A stretch of DNA of 27,663 nucleotides. It comes from a virus (lineage: Duplodnaviria > Caudoviricetes). Each line of letters begins with the position of its first letter. The stretch's first letter is position 1. A program made the translations under genes and the position numbers. The notes below the pieces were generated by a model that worked only from the letters and a program-made list of their open reading frames with translations, had not been told where the DNA came from and ran no database searches. The stretch spans positions 1-27,663 of IMG/VR virus record IMGVR_UViG_3300047382_000278; one strand, 5' to 3'. Positions 8,194 through 16,680 of this stretch are shown in pieces.

Positions 8194-8532
8194 ATGAACG
8201 AAATTCAAAGACTACAACAACTTGCAGGCATGCCAATCACAGAAGATGATTCTGTTGAAAAAACAGCAATTGGGCATGTAGATAACGAACGTGATATGTT
8301 ACGTAAAGATATTTTCCAAATGGGTAAATATTGCGTTGAGTTGTTTAAAATGGTTGATGAATTACCAGAAGATGCAGACTTACCTCATTGGTGGCAGAGC
8401 AAGGTTGTTAAAGCCAAAGAATTTATTGGACAAACTAAACACTATTTAGAAAATGAATTAGACGTGCCTGATCAACAACCTGTGGTATCACCTGATGTTG
8501 CAGACAACGAAGATCCTTCGGGCGTTAGTTAA
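8194..8532 (+). CDS. Hypothetical protein, probable head-associated
   Basis: Starts MNEIQRLQQLAGMPITE|D. Contains DLPHWWQSKVVKAKEFI, a motif recalled from T4-like phage proteins. Confidence 0.65.
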   Translation: MNEIQRLQQLAGMPITEDDSVEKTAIGHVDNERDMLRKDIFQMGKYCVELFKMVDELPEDADLPHWWQSKVVKAKEFIGQTKHYLENELDVPDQQPVVSPDVADNEDPSGVS

Positions 8533-9364
8533 TACCTAACTTATCAGCATACTTCATAATTTTACCCACCATTTCCATCATCACCATTGCATTAGGATGA
8601 CCGTTATCAGGGTATACTAATTTCCACAATGGATTCGGTGCCTTAGAAGATGCTAAATCATCACTAATCATACCTATAACATCTTCTCCCCAAGATTCTA
8701 AGTGTACTTTCTTATAGTCGATTGTGGTAGCAAATCTAAAGTACTGTGGTTTATCTCTTAGTTTTTCCAGTTGTTTCTCATAGTTATTTGCAGTTTCCCA
8801 ATTAAATTGTAGTAACCAATCATAGTACATTATGTGCGAGTATTCGTTCAATACTCTATCACATTTACCACTAAGCGGTCCATGTGCGCCTATGATAATA
8901 TAATGTGTTTCCGTTTTTGCGGCATGGTTACTTAATTTTTTTATTTGTTTTACTTGCTCGTTAGCCATCCACTTGTTAACTGCCTCAGCAGTGGCTAACA
9001 CATCTTTAGGTATTTTTGCTAATGATTCAGCATGTCTAAACATAAATGGTGCCATTACCACATGCAAATCAGCATCTGATTGGAGATCACTGTGTGTAAT
9101 CCAATCAACGGTTGTTTCTAAATCAATACCGGGAACGCCTCCATTGATTAATTCGTGTCCTAAATAGTTGAACACCATAGTATAGAAATCCATTGCTTCA
9201 GTATTGCCCATTGGAGATCCGTGTGTTTCAACAGTGTTGCCCATTGGATCAAAGTTTATAACGCCGGGTTGATTTCTTGCTAATAATCCATGAAAATGGT
9301 CTGAGTTTTCGTAGTGCCGAGGCCACAAATAGCACCAAGAGTCTCCGTGTAAATGTATTTTCAT
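8525..9364 (-). CDS. SGNH/GDSL-like protein
   Basis: LHGDSW at the N-terminus, GVPG, and DNGHPN (DxxH) at the C-terminus. Confidence 0.6.
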   Translation of the reverse strand: MKIHLHGDSWCYLWPRHYENSDHFHGLLARNQPGVINFDPMGNTVETHGSPMGNTEAMDFYTMVFNYLGHELINGGVPGIDLETTVDWITHSDLQSDADLHVVMAPFMFRHAESLAKIPKDVLATAEAVNKWMANEQVKQIKKLSNHAAKTETHYIIIGAHGPLSGKCDRVLNEYSHIMYYDWLLQFNWETANNYEKQLEKLRDKPQYFRFATTIDYKKVHLESWGEDVIGMISDDLASSKAPNPLWKLVYPDNGHPNAMVMMEMVGKIMKYADKLGIN

Positions 9365-9365
9365 A

Positions 9366-10223
9366 TTAAATCCAATCTGTGTTTTTTACTAAGTCTTCTG
9401 CATACTCTGGCCAAAAACGTCCTGCTCTCGGGCCACCATTGCATTTTCCATCGCTTTCGCCTGGTATCTTAATCCATAAAAACGCATCACATCTTTCTTC
9501 ATCTGTGCCGCATGTGGGCGGAATACCTAATGCACGATCGGGTGGGTTACACCAATCGTTACCATACGGACCATTGCCGTTTCTGCTGGTATCAATTACA
9601 AATGTATATTTGTCTTCTAAATTTTCGCAAACACGTTTAGCCCATTGCATACTTTCTTTAGTGGTACGATAATTACTTACGTTAACACTAAATCCTGCTG
9701 TTTTATCATTGGCTACTCTGCTAAACAACTGTGCTGTTTCTTCTGGTGATAACCAGTTACTATGCCCCACATCAATGTATAAACGGGCCTTACAAGTGCT
9801 TGTAATGAGGTCTACAGCACTTTGTAACAGTGCAAGTCGTTTATTACGCCCATTACGACTAATAAGTGTGCTATGAGGTATTGCGTCTGGTTCTAATATG
9901 AGTATTAGTTCTCTGTCGCCTATACACTTAGCCATGGTGTGTACAAACTCGAGATAATTATCTTTGCTTGATGCACCACCTTTACTGTGATGTCCCATAT
10001 CACGTTCTGGTAAGTTATAGCATACCAGTATTGGCCAATGTGGATCGGCTCTGTGTAATAATCTGTTTAAACTTTTTGTTAGATGATCTGGGCATCCACC
10101 TTTACCGTTTTTCTCACCATACCAAAACGATTGTGGATATTTAAATATCTCACCTACTGTAGGAAACTTTACTTTATGATTTTTTACTCTATCAAAATCA
10201 TTTACATAGAAAGGATAGTCCAT
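9366..10223 (-). CDS. Glycoside hydrolase family 6 (cellulase-like)
   Basis: YNLPERD, ILEPDA, YIDVGHSNWL, GFSVNVSNY, VIDTSRNGNGP, WCNP and DAFLWIKIPGESDG are all GH6 signatures. Confidence 0.93.
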   Translation of the reverse strand: MDYPFYVNDFDRVKNHKVKFPTVGEIFKYPQSFWYGEKNGKGGCPDHLTKSLNRLLHRADPHWPILVCYNLPERDMGHHSKGGASSKDNYLEFVHTMAKCIGDRELILILEPDAIPHSTLISRNGRNKRLALLQSAVDLITSTCKARLYIDVGHSNWLSPEETAQLFSRVANDKTAGFSVNVSNYRTTKESMQWAKRVCENLEDKYTFVIDTSRNGNGPYGNDWCNPPDRALGIPPTCGTDEERCDAFLWIKIPGESDGKCNGGPRAGRFWPEYAEDLVKNTDWI

Positions 10224-10230
10224 GCACTTC

Positions 10231-10536
10231 CTATGAGAACAAAGGTTCTAATTCTTTGCTGGCATGCATCTCAGTGATAATATCACAGCCGCCAACCAAC
10301 TCGCCCTTTATAAACAGTTGTGGAAATGTAGGCCAATCGCTAACACTTGGTAATGTTGCACGAATGCCTGGATCAGCAAGTACATCTACATAACTAAATG
10401 GTTTGCCAACTTCGATTAATATTTGTACTACTCTTGCACTGAAGCCACACTGAGGACTATGTGGGTCTCCTTTCATAAACAAAATGGCTTCACTGCCATC
10501 TATCATTTCTTGTATTTGTTCTGCTATTGAGCTCAT
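10231..10536 (-). CDS. grxD: Monothiol glutaredoxin (CGFS type)
   Basis: LFMKG..PQCGFS, WPTFPQLFIKGELVGGCDI. Confidence 0.95.
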   Translation of the reverse strand: MSSIAEQIQEMIDGSEAILFMKGDPHSPQCGFSARVVQILIEVGKPFSYVDVLADPGIRATLPSVSDWPTFPQLFIKGELVGGCDIITEMHASKELEPLFS

Positions 10537-11054
10537 TGTGTCCCCATTTGTGATTGCATTCTTTTAATTGTTTTATCCCTTTTCTTTATTGCACGTTGTA
10601 ACTTCATGTCACTTGCACCGTGTATGAAAAGTAATCCATTTAGATGTTCCCATTCATGATGGAAACACTGTGCATCTGTGCCATGTAATTCTTCTTCTAC
10701 TATAGTTTTTCCGTCACTTTTAGTGTACCTAACTGTGATGGACTCTGGTCTTGTTATGTTCATAAACAATAACGGAAAAGTTAAACAGCCTTCTTCTCTG
10801 GCTATGTTTTTCTCAGAAACAGAAACTATCTCAGGATTGTATACCCCTATGTCTCCGTGTTCACTGTGCATCATTACGAACATGTTGTAAGTGTTACCTA
10901 CTTGATTAGATGCAAGACCAATACCAAATCTATCTGCCATTAATTTAAGCATTGCTTTTTCGTATTCTTGTATATCGATATCTGTTTCAAATAAATTAGT
11001 GTTTGCAACAGAGTGTAAAGCAGGATGATTGGGCTGAACTAATTGTAATTCCAT
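10533..11054 (-). CDS. def: Peptide deformylase
   Basis: GIGLASNQVG, EGCLT, HEWEHLNG. Confidence 0.95.
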   Translation of the reverse strand: MELQLVQPNHPALHSVANTNLFETDIDIQEYEKAMLKLMADRFGIGLASNQVGNTYNMFVMMHSEHGDIGVYNPEIVSVSEKNIAREEGCLTFPLLFMNITRPESITVRYTKSDGKTIVEEELHGTDAQCFHHEWEHLNGLLFIHGASDMKLQRAIKKRDKTIKRMQSQMGTQ

Positions 11055-11059
11055 AACGT

Positions 11060-11066
11060 TATTTAT
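11060..11066 (-). promoter_or_regulatory. T4-type late promoter (ATAAATA)
   Basis: Minus strand reads ATAAATA-acgtt-ATG(11054, def). Confidence 0.65.
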
Positions 11067-11359
11067 TTAATATGTTTACAGTTACCGCGGAATGTGAATC
11101 CAGGACATGAACATTTGCCATTGTCAATAGTGTACACTTTGCCGTTGCTACCTTGAACTGTTATAACACCTGGTGCTAACTCTTCTTCACGCTCACCAAT
11201 CTTTGTGAACTTCCTGCGTGATTTACTGAACTGCTTCATTGGATTTTTGAACACTTTATCATTGTACTGAACAAGTTGCCCTGCTCCATTAACATGATAA
11301 ATGCCATTGGAAATCTTTTTATCACCCCAATCGGTTACTTCTTGTAAGATCTCAATCAT
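11063..11359 (-). CDS. SWIM zinc-finger protein
   Basis: C-terminal GSNGKVYTI..CSCPGFTFRGNCKH (CxC..CxH). Confidence 0.8.
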   Translation of the reverse strand: MIEILQEVTDWGDKKISNGIYHVNGAGQLVQYNDKVFKNPMKQFSKSRRKFTKIGEREEELAPGVITVQGSNGKVYTIDNGKCSCPGFTFRGNCKHIK

Positions 11360-11856
11360 TACTTACCTTCCATTATTTGTGCAAATGCTCTTGCTTTAAG
11401 AGTTGGATCTGCTTTATCCAACAGGTTCAAAGTGTTCAACTTCTCTATTTTATAGAGTTTCCAAAATTTTGGATCTTGGACTGCAATATCTGAACTGTTG
11501 TGAATCATGTCAGCAACTTTAATTGTTTGTGCTTCTGCAGGACCTTTGGCATTGTGCTCTGCATCTAATTGCTTTCTGTGTGCCCTGTTGCCATCTTCTG
11601 GCTTAGATACATCTGTTAAGTAATTAACCAACTCAGCAACTGTTTCGCCAAACTCATTTTGTATTTCTTCAATAGTCACATCGGTATCTTCTACCACGTC
11701 ATGCAACACAGCCGCGGCAATCATTTCTTCTGTGTGATCAACTGACTCTACAATACCTGCTACTGCAATAGGATGAGTGATATAAGGAGAACCACAATAC
11801 TTACGTACTTGGTCCCCGTGTGCTTTAGTGGCAAACTGTATTGCTCGTTCTTTCAT
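11359..11856 (-). CDS. HD-domain small alarmone hydrolase-like (SpoT-HD/Mesh1 family)
   Basis: FATKAH..Q.RK..PYITHP, AAVLHDVVEDT, IKVADMIHN. ATG 11856 preferred because of the GAGGT SD. Confidence 0.85.
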   Translation of the reverse strand: MKERAIQFATKAHGDQVRKYCGSPYITHPIAVAGIVESVDHTEEMIAAAVLHDVVEDTDVTIEEIQNEFGETVAELVNYLTDVSKPEDGNRAHRKQLDAEHNAKGPAEAQTIKVADMIHNSSDIAVQDPKFWKLYKIEKLNTLNLLDKADPTLKARAFAQIMEGK

Positions 11857-11860
11857 GCTA

Positions 11861-12316
11861 TTAAGCAACCTCAAGTGCATCTGTTTCGATTTGCTTAAAG
11901 CCCATGCCGTCTACCATATGGAACTCGCCATTATGCTCAACAATGTCACCAACTGATAATGAATGCATGTCTCTGAAAGTTACAACCTCACCGTTGTTGC
12001 GAGTGATAGTCTTCATAGTGTAACCGCTAACAAGAGCTTCGTCCCACTCGTCCTTGCCAGTCTCATCATCAAAGTAGTAACCGTTCAATACTTTGAAAAC
12101 AGTCTCTAAGTTGCTACCTTCAAACTCAGCAACTTCACAAACCTGTGTGTAATGCTCAAACATCTCAGGCTTGTAGCCTTCTGAACCTTTGTGCATTACT
12201 TCCATATGAGTGTTATACTCTGGAAACTTTTTTGCAGTCTCATAATGACCGCCTTCTGGACTGTTAACGAAATCGTAAACTGTTTCGCTTAACTTGATTT
12301 GGTATACTTTATACAT
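11861..12316 (-). CDS. YodL-like domain protein
   Basis: YKVYQI, LETVFKVLN, MHSLSVGDIV, VDGMGF. Strong SD (AGGAG). Confidence 0.65.
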   Translation of the reverse strand: MYKVYQIKLSETVYDFVNSPEGGHYETAKKFPEYNTHMEVMHKGSEGYKPEMFEHYTQVCEVAEFEGSNLETVFKVLNGYYFDDETGKDEWDEALVSGYTMKTITRNNGEVVTFRDMHSLSVGDIVEHNGEFHMVDGMGFKQIETDALEVA

Positions 12317-12340
12317 AAAAACTCCTACCTTTTTATTTAA
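12315..12340 (-). repeat. 26-bp leader/RBS cassette, copy 1 (TTAAATAAAAAGGTAGGAGTTTTTAT)
   Basis: Identical to 12970-12995. Confidence 0.9.
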
Positions 12341-12349
12341 TATACAACT

Positions 12350-12377
12350 ATTATAGCAGTTTTTAGGGTATTGTCAA
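12350..12377 (-). promoter_or_regulatory. sigma70-type early promoter
   Basis: TTGACA (12377-12372), 16 nt ending in TGc, TATAAT (12355-12350). Confidence 0.85.
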
Positions 12378-12397
12378 CCGTTTGAATGTGCTGTAAC

Positions 12398-12601
12398 CTA
12401 TTGATTTTCAACAACTTGTTCAGATTCTTTGGGCTTAATAAACATAATTTCGCCATCTTCGAGCTTCTTATATAGCAAAAATTTACTGATCATAAGCATG
12501 TCAATAGTGGCTGTTGTACCTTTGAGTACACCTGCTTTAAAGCCTATCCACAGCCCAAATAATGTACCCACAACATATGGTACAAGAATAGTGTAATCCA
12601 T
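12398..12601 (-). CDS. Small membrane protein
   Basis: N-terminal hydrophobic helix ILVPYVVGTLFGLWIGF. TAATG-coupled to the upstream gene. Confidence 0.7.
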   Translation of the reverse strand: MDYTILVPYVVGTLFGLWIGFKAGVLKGTTATIDMLMISKFLLYKKLEDGEIMFIKPKESEQVVENQ

Positions 12602-12969
12602 TATGCTACCTCTATGTCTAAGTCTGCTAAACCGTTATCCTGCATTCCTTGTTCTGAGAAATCACAGTATGTAGTGTTAATACCTGCTTCTTGCAATTTA
12701 AGAGCAACAAAAGGTCCTACTGCTGTGTCTGTGTATATTTCCCATATACCATCATGCTTAACAGTAGCATTATACCATACCTGGCCATCTTCAGAATCTT
12801 CAAATTTTGTTAATGACACTGACTCAACAAAAATGCTTTCTGGACTGTCTGGTCCTATTGCCATGCTAATGTTAGCATCTTCAGGGTTTCTTGTGTAATA
12901 AGAATCCTGTGATAATTCACATGCTTCGTTGATTTGGAAAATTGTTGTTGTTTGACCTACTGTATTCAT
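12601..12969 (-). CDS. Acidic hypothetical early protein
   Basis: Behind promoter and RBS cassette. Contains W.IYTD and FSEQGMQ. Confidence 0.75.
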   Translation of the reverse strand: MNTVGQTTTIFQINEACELSQDSYYTRNPEDANISMAIGPDSPESIFVESVSLTKFEDSEDGQVWYNATVKHDGIWEIYTDTAVGPFVALKLQEAGINTTYCDFSEQGMQDNGLADLDIEVA

Positions 12970-12995
12970 ATAAAAACTCCTACCTTTTTATTTAA
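12970..12995 (-). repeat. 26-bp leader/RBS cassette, copy 2
   Basis: Identical to 12315-12340. Confidence 0.9.
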
Positions 12996-13006
12996 ACTAT
13001 AAGTAT

Positions 13007-13034
13007 ATTATAGCAGATCTACAGTACTTGTCAA
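13007..13034 (-). promoter_or_regulatory. sigma70-type early promoter
   Basis: TTGACA (13034-13029), 16 nt ending in TGc, TATAAT (13012-13007). Confidence 0.85.
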
Positions 13035-13336
13035 CCTTTTTTGGGAGTAAAAAACCTGATAATTTTATTAAAAAAATCGCTTTCTTTGGGGGACCATTTT
13101 TCTTTTAACTTCAAGTAATATGCATCTGTTGGAGGCTCTTCTATTACATCACCCTTCATGTATATAACATCATCATACTCAACATTATCTCTTAAAATTT
13201 CTATGTGCCTTCCGCCATGATTATAATGCTTCTCCATTCTGCCGTCTTGAGCCATAATACAATTTAATTGTTCGTAGTTATCTATTTCAGCAAAATCCTC
13301 TGATGCTTGCCTTATGTAATCGGTGTATTGACTCAT
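13031..13336 (-). CDS. Hypothetical protein
   Basis: 101 aa ORF, ATGA-coupled to the upstream small ORF. Confidence 0.65.
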   Translation of the reverse strand: MSQYTDYIRQASEDFAEIDNYEQLNCIMAQDGRMEKHYNHGGRHIEILRDNVEYDDVIYMKGDVIEEPPTDAYYLKLKEKWSPKESDFFNKIIRFFTPKKG

Positions 13337-13461
13337 TGGGTAGAATTTAATAATTGAGCTAATTTATCGTCCCATAACTTTTTAAATTCAGGATTCTTTG
13401 CTCTGCTCCGAGCACGTTGCAGATAATAAATTTGTCGCATGACATCCATTCGTACATTCAT
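13333..13461 (-). CDS. Small hypothetical protein, 42 aa (absent from ORF track)
   Basis: MNVRMDVMRQIYYLQRARSRAKNPEFKKLWDDKLAQLLNSTQ*. Fills the gap exactly, with TAATG and ATGA overlaps at its ends. Confidence 0.7.
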   Translation of the reverse strand: MNVRMDVMRQIYYLQRARSRAKNPEFKKLWDDKLAQLLNSTQ

Positions 13462-14000
13462 TATCGTTGCTCTATGTTAAAATGCTTGTAAGACTGCTGT
13501 ACGCACACTGCTTGGTAATAAGCATCAGCATCTGCACTGTGAAGGTTTTGTTGTATTGCTTTACGTGGATCTACAGGCATCATGTTAAACACTGTTCTAC
13601 AATCCATAATTTGCCAAAATGCCCAACCTCTGTGATGATTGAACTGCTTAAATAAATGTTCCAATATGACCATATCAAACTGTGGACCTTGGCACCAAAT
13701 CTTGTCAACACCTACAAGATACTTGTTTAGATCTTGCATGAATTCAGCAATAAACATTCTGCCTTCTTCGTTGAATGCTTCGTCTTGTATGTGTTGTGGT
13801 TGCTTTGCCCACCATTCAAGTGTGCTGTCTAACACACTGCGTTCAGCAACTGTTTGCTGATCTACGTTAGGCCTCCACAATGTTTTAGCATGTGGTTCTT
13901 GAGAATTAAACGGGTCAAACTTAACTGCACCCACTGATAATACTACACAATCAGGCTCAGTGCCTAATGTTTCTATGTCTATCATTGCATGTGTGGCCAT
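13461..14000 (-). CDS. DEDDh 3'-5' exonuclease (Rv2179c/RNase AS-like)
   Basis: MIDIETLG, WCQGPQFD, DCRT, HSADADA. Confidence 0.85.
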   Translation of the reverse strand: MATHAMIDIETLGTEPDCVVLSVGAVKFDPFNSQEPHAKTLWRPNVDQQTVAERSVLDSTLEWWAKQPQHIQDEAFNEEGRMFIAEFMQDLNKYLVGVDKIWCQGPQFDMVILEHLFKQFNHHRGWAFWQIMDCRTVFNMMPVDPRKAIQQNLHSADADAYYQAVCVQQSYKHFNIEQR

Positions 14001-14024
14001 ACGAATACTCCTTGCTAATTGTAT

Positions 14025-14053
14025 ATTATAGCAAAAGTTACGGAGTATGTCAA
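14025..14053 (-). promoter_or_regulatory. sigma70-type early promoter
   Basis: TTGACA (14053-14048), 17 nt ending in TGc, TATAAT (14030-14025). AGGAG SD downstream. Confidence 0.85.
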
Positions 14054-14754
14054 CCTAAAAGTATGTGTAAGTACTCAGCGAATTTTTTGTGTGCTACAGC
14101 ACCTGGGTGCCAATTGTCTTGGGCACGTTCATACATGTGATATGTTTTAAAATGGTCAAACGGTTTTACCTCATTCCATTTAAAATATTTTGAATGTTCA
14201 GTCCATTGTAGAGTAGAGTGTGAATCGGGATTATCTGTGTTTAAATCGTTAACAGCATCTGGAACACATAAATGTATTACTCTATCAACCTGTGCATTTA
14301 CTACATGATGTGTACCATTTATATACATTAAATTAGTTAAAGCACTGTCATAGTCGCTATAGAAATCTGTGTAGTAGGATTTAGCAAGACGCACTTCTTC
14401 ATCTGATACATCTATATTTTCTTGTGTTAATAATTGATCATCAGCCTGCCAAGCAGAAATTTCTTTTGTAGGTGATGTGCTATTTTCAAATACACAATGT
14501 CTATCAAAAAATGTCCACATAAAAATTACCCAGTCGTCTTCTTGAAATTCAAAATCAACTGCTTTTTTAGCCATTTGTTTATTACTTTGTCCAGGATAGG
14601 AATAATTAAAAGTTTTACGATTTGTGAGATTGCCAAGTATTTGTGGGTAAGCAAATCTACTTGCAATAGGACCTGGTGCTCCTGTTCCTGCTTCATAACA
14701 ATCTTTTAAGCCATGCCCATATGTAAAACTATCACCGAATGCTATAAGTCTCAT
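14050..14754 (-). CDS. SGNH/GDSL-like protein
   Basis: AFGDSFTYG, PGQSN, DNWHPG. Confidence 0.7.
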   Translation of the reverse strand: MRLIAFGDSFTYGHGLKDCYEAGTGAPGPIASRFAYPQILGNLTNRKTFNYSYPGQSNKQMAKKAVDFEFQEDDWVIFMWTFFDRHCVFENSTSPTKEISAWQADDQLLTQENIDVSDEEVRLAKSYYTDFYSDYDSALTNLMYINGTHHVVNAQVDRVIHLCVPDAVNDLNTDNPDSHSTLQWTEHSKYFKWNEVKPFDHFKTYHMYERAQDNWHPGAVAHKKFAEYLHILLG

Positions 14755-15620
14755 AATGTCAATGTTTCGTCGTCGTCTATGCGTTTGCTTGGTTTAACTG
14801 ATTCGAGTTGACCTGCTCCTTTAACACCTTCCTGCCATACCATTTTTTCAAATGGATCTTGGTCGCCGGCTACAACTCTATCCCACCAATCCGAATGCTG
14901 TCCTATTCTATCAAGGAACCATGCAATTTTATATGCAGATTTTACTCTTGCTTGTTGCATTTCCACATGTCCAAAGTCATTAGGATCTTCTGGATTGCCT
15001 TCCATGTACTTACGATTCTTAAATGTTTCGTCATCATTGTTGCCTGTGATGTCTGCTCTGTCGTGTAATATCTCAACATCGATTCTTTCAAAGATATCTA
15101 ACATGTATGCAATATGACTAAGCCATGCATCGTTCTGTGCATTCATACTTAAATGATCCATTAGTCTATACCAGTCTCGTGGCACAATAGGCAGTATAGC
15201 ATAAGGATGTCCATTGTGATTATCCTTGGGACCTAACAACTTAAATTGTCCTGTATATTGATCTATCACATTATCCCAATCTTCTGATATCATTAATGCG
15301 TCATCGTTCCAAAAGAATAACCAATCACCTTGTGCTGATGTGGCTAATGTGTTTACATAAGTGTGCAAGTTTTCATAACCTAATGGGTTGAATACGTTAG
15401 CACGGCATTCAATTTGTTTTTCTTTTAACCACGGGGCAATATTTTTTTCTATGTATGTTTTAGTTTCTGTATCGTCTTCGTCGATGCCAAGAATTAATTC
15501 TATGCGACTGTGATTGGCCGCTTTGCCTATTAATGATTGTAAACTTTTAAATAGTACATCTGTTCTACCTCTGGTTGGCAGTAACACAGAAATTACACCT
15601 TGCTTGTTTTGTTCGCTCAT
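14751..15620 (-). CDS. Glycosyltransferase, GT2/GT-A fold
   Basis: ISVLLPTRGR, IDEDD, FFWNDD. Confidence 0.8.
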   Translation of the reverse strand: MSEQNKQGVISVLLPTRGRTDVLFKSLQSLIGKAANHSRIELILGIDEDDTETKTYIEKNIAPWLKEKQIECRANVFNPLGYENLHTYVNTLATSAQGDWLFFWNDDALMISEDWDNVIDQYTGQFKLLGPKDNHNGHPYAILPIVPRDWYRLMDHLSMNAQNDAWLSHIAYMLDIFERIDVEILHDRADITGNNDDETFKNRKYMEGNPEDPNDFGHVEMQQARVKSAYKIAWFLDRIGQHSDWWDRVVAGDQDPFEKMVWQEGVKGAGQLESVKPSKRIDDDETLTL

Positions 15621-16525
15621 TGACCGTCCTCTGAAAATAGTTTTCTAATGTTTCCTCTGAATGTGTAATGTCCTACATGGTTAAGTGCTGTACGTGGGTC
15701 GAGGTATACTTCACCGTCTAAGTCTTGCCAACGTCTACAGAACGTATAATCTTCTGACAAGTAACGTCTGCTTTCAGGATCAATGATGCCATCAAATATA
15801 GCATACATAAAAGGTTCATATTTGTTATCTACATTGATGTCATTGTTGTATTTTAATTCTGGATGAGCGTCAAATAATTTTTGCATAGCATCTTTACGGA
15901 TACACATAAAGCCTGTGCCTGCATCTTTTAATTTAACAAGGTTTTCATTTATCTGTACTGCTGGAGTAGGGTCACCATTTTCATCTTTAACAAAATCAAA
16001 GTTTACAACATAGTTTGAACTGTGTCCTTCAATTGTAGATGCATTCTCTTTTTCGCTTTCTCTGGCGGCAGTTATAATGCTGTCCCAATTGATTGCTTTC
16101 TTAGGATATGCTCCTACCACTACTGGCTTATCGTATGCTACCATACGCAATAAATCTTCTGGGTTGAATTCTATGTCTGCATCAATAAAAAATAAATGTG
16201 TTGCTTCTTTGTTTTCCATAAAGAAACTTGTGAGCGTATTACGTCCACGTGTGATTAAACTTTCGTTTGCTAATGTGCTTACTGTATAAGGTATATCGTA
16301 CTTGTTACACAATATAGCAAGTCTCATCATACTTCTAAAATAAGGCTCACCAATTTGTCCACCATAACAAGGTGTAGCAATAAAGATATGTTTTTGTCTT
16401 AATAGTCCTACTGGTATTTCAATCTTAGCATCTAATAGACGATGCATTGTATCATCTGCTGGTGGAGTTGATGCAGGCTTTTGAGATTGTGTATTCTTAG
16501 GGCCTACCTTTTTGCGTTTTGACAT
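15617..16525 (-). CDS. Glycosyltransferase-like protein, GT-A fold
   Basis: IFIATPCYGG, ESLITRGRN, FIDADI (DxD), GTGFM, SEDYTFC, HVG. Confidence 0.75.
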   Translation of the reverse strand: MSKRKKVGPKNTQSQKPASTPPADDTMHRLLDAKIEIPVGLLRQKHIFIATPCYGGQIGEPYFRSMMRLAILCNKYDIPYTVSTLANESLITRGRNTLTSFFMENKEATHLFFIDADIEFNPEDLLRMVAYDKPVVVGAYPKKAINWDSIITAARESEKENASTIEGHSSNYVVNFDFVKDENGDPTPAVQINENLVKLKDAGTGFMCIRKDAMQKLFDAHPELKYNNDINVDNKYEPFMYAIFDGIIDPESRRYLSEDYTFCRRWQDLDGEVYLDPRTALNHVGHYTFRGNIRKLFSEDGQ

Positions 16526-16553
16526 GTTGTATCCTGTGTGTTTTTGTTTATAG

Positions 16554-16561
16554 TATTTATA
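16554..16561 (-). promoter_or_regulatory. T4-type late promoter (TATAAATA)
   Basis: Exact consensus upstream of the GT-GT-SGNH operon. Confidence 0.7.
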
Positions 16562-16590
16562 GCGGGGTGGTATAAATTTGCCATTATAAG

Positions 16591-16680
16591 TGGCGGAGAG
16601 TGAGAGATTCGAACTCTCGGTACAGTTACCCGTACTCTTCCTTAGCAGGGAAGTGCTTTAAGCCACTCAGCCAACTCTCC
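16591..16680 (-). tRNA. tRNA-Ser(GCT)
   Basis: GGAGAGT..., anticodon arm CTTCC-CT-GCT-AA-GGAAG, long variable arm, GTTCGAATC, discriminator G, encoded CCA. Confidence 0.95.
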
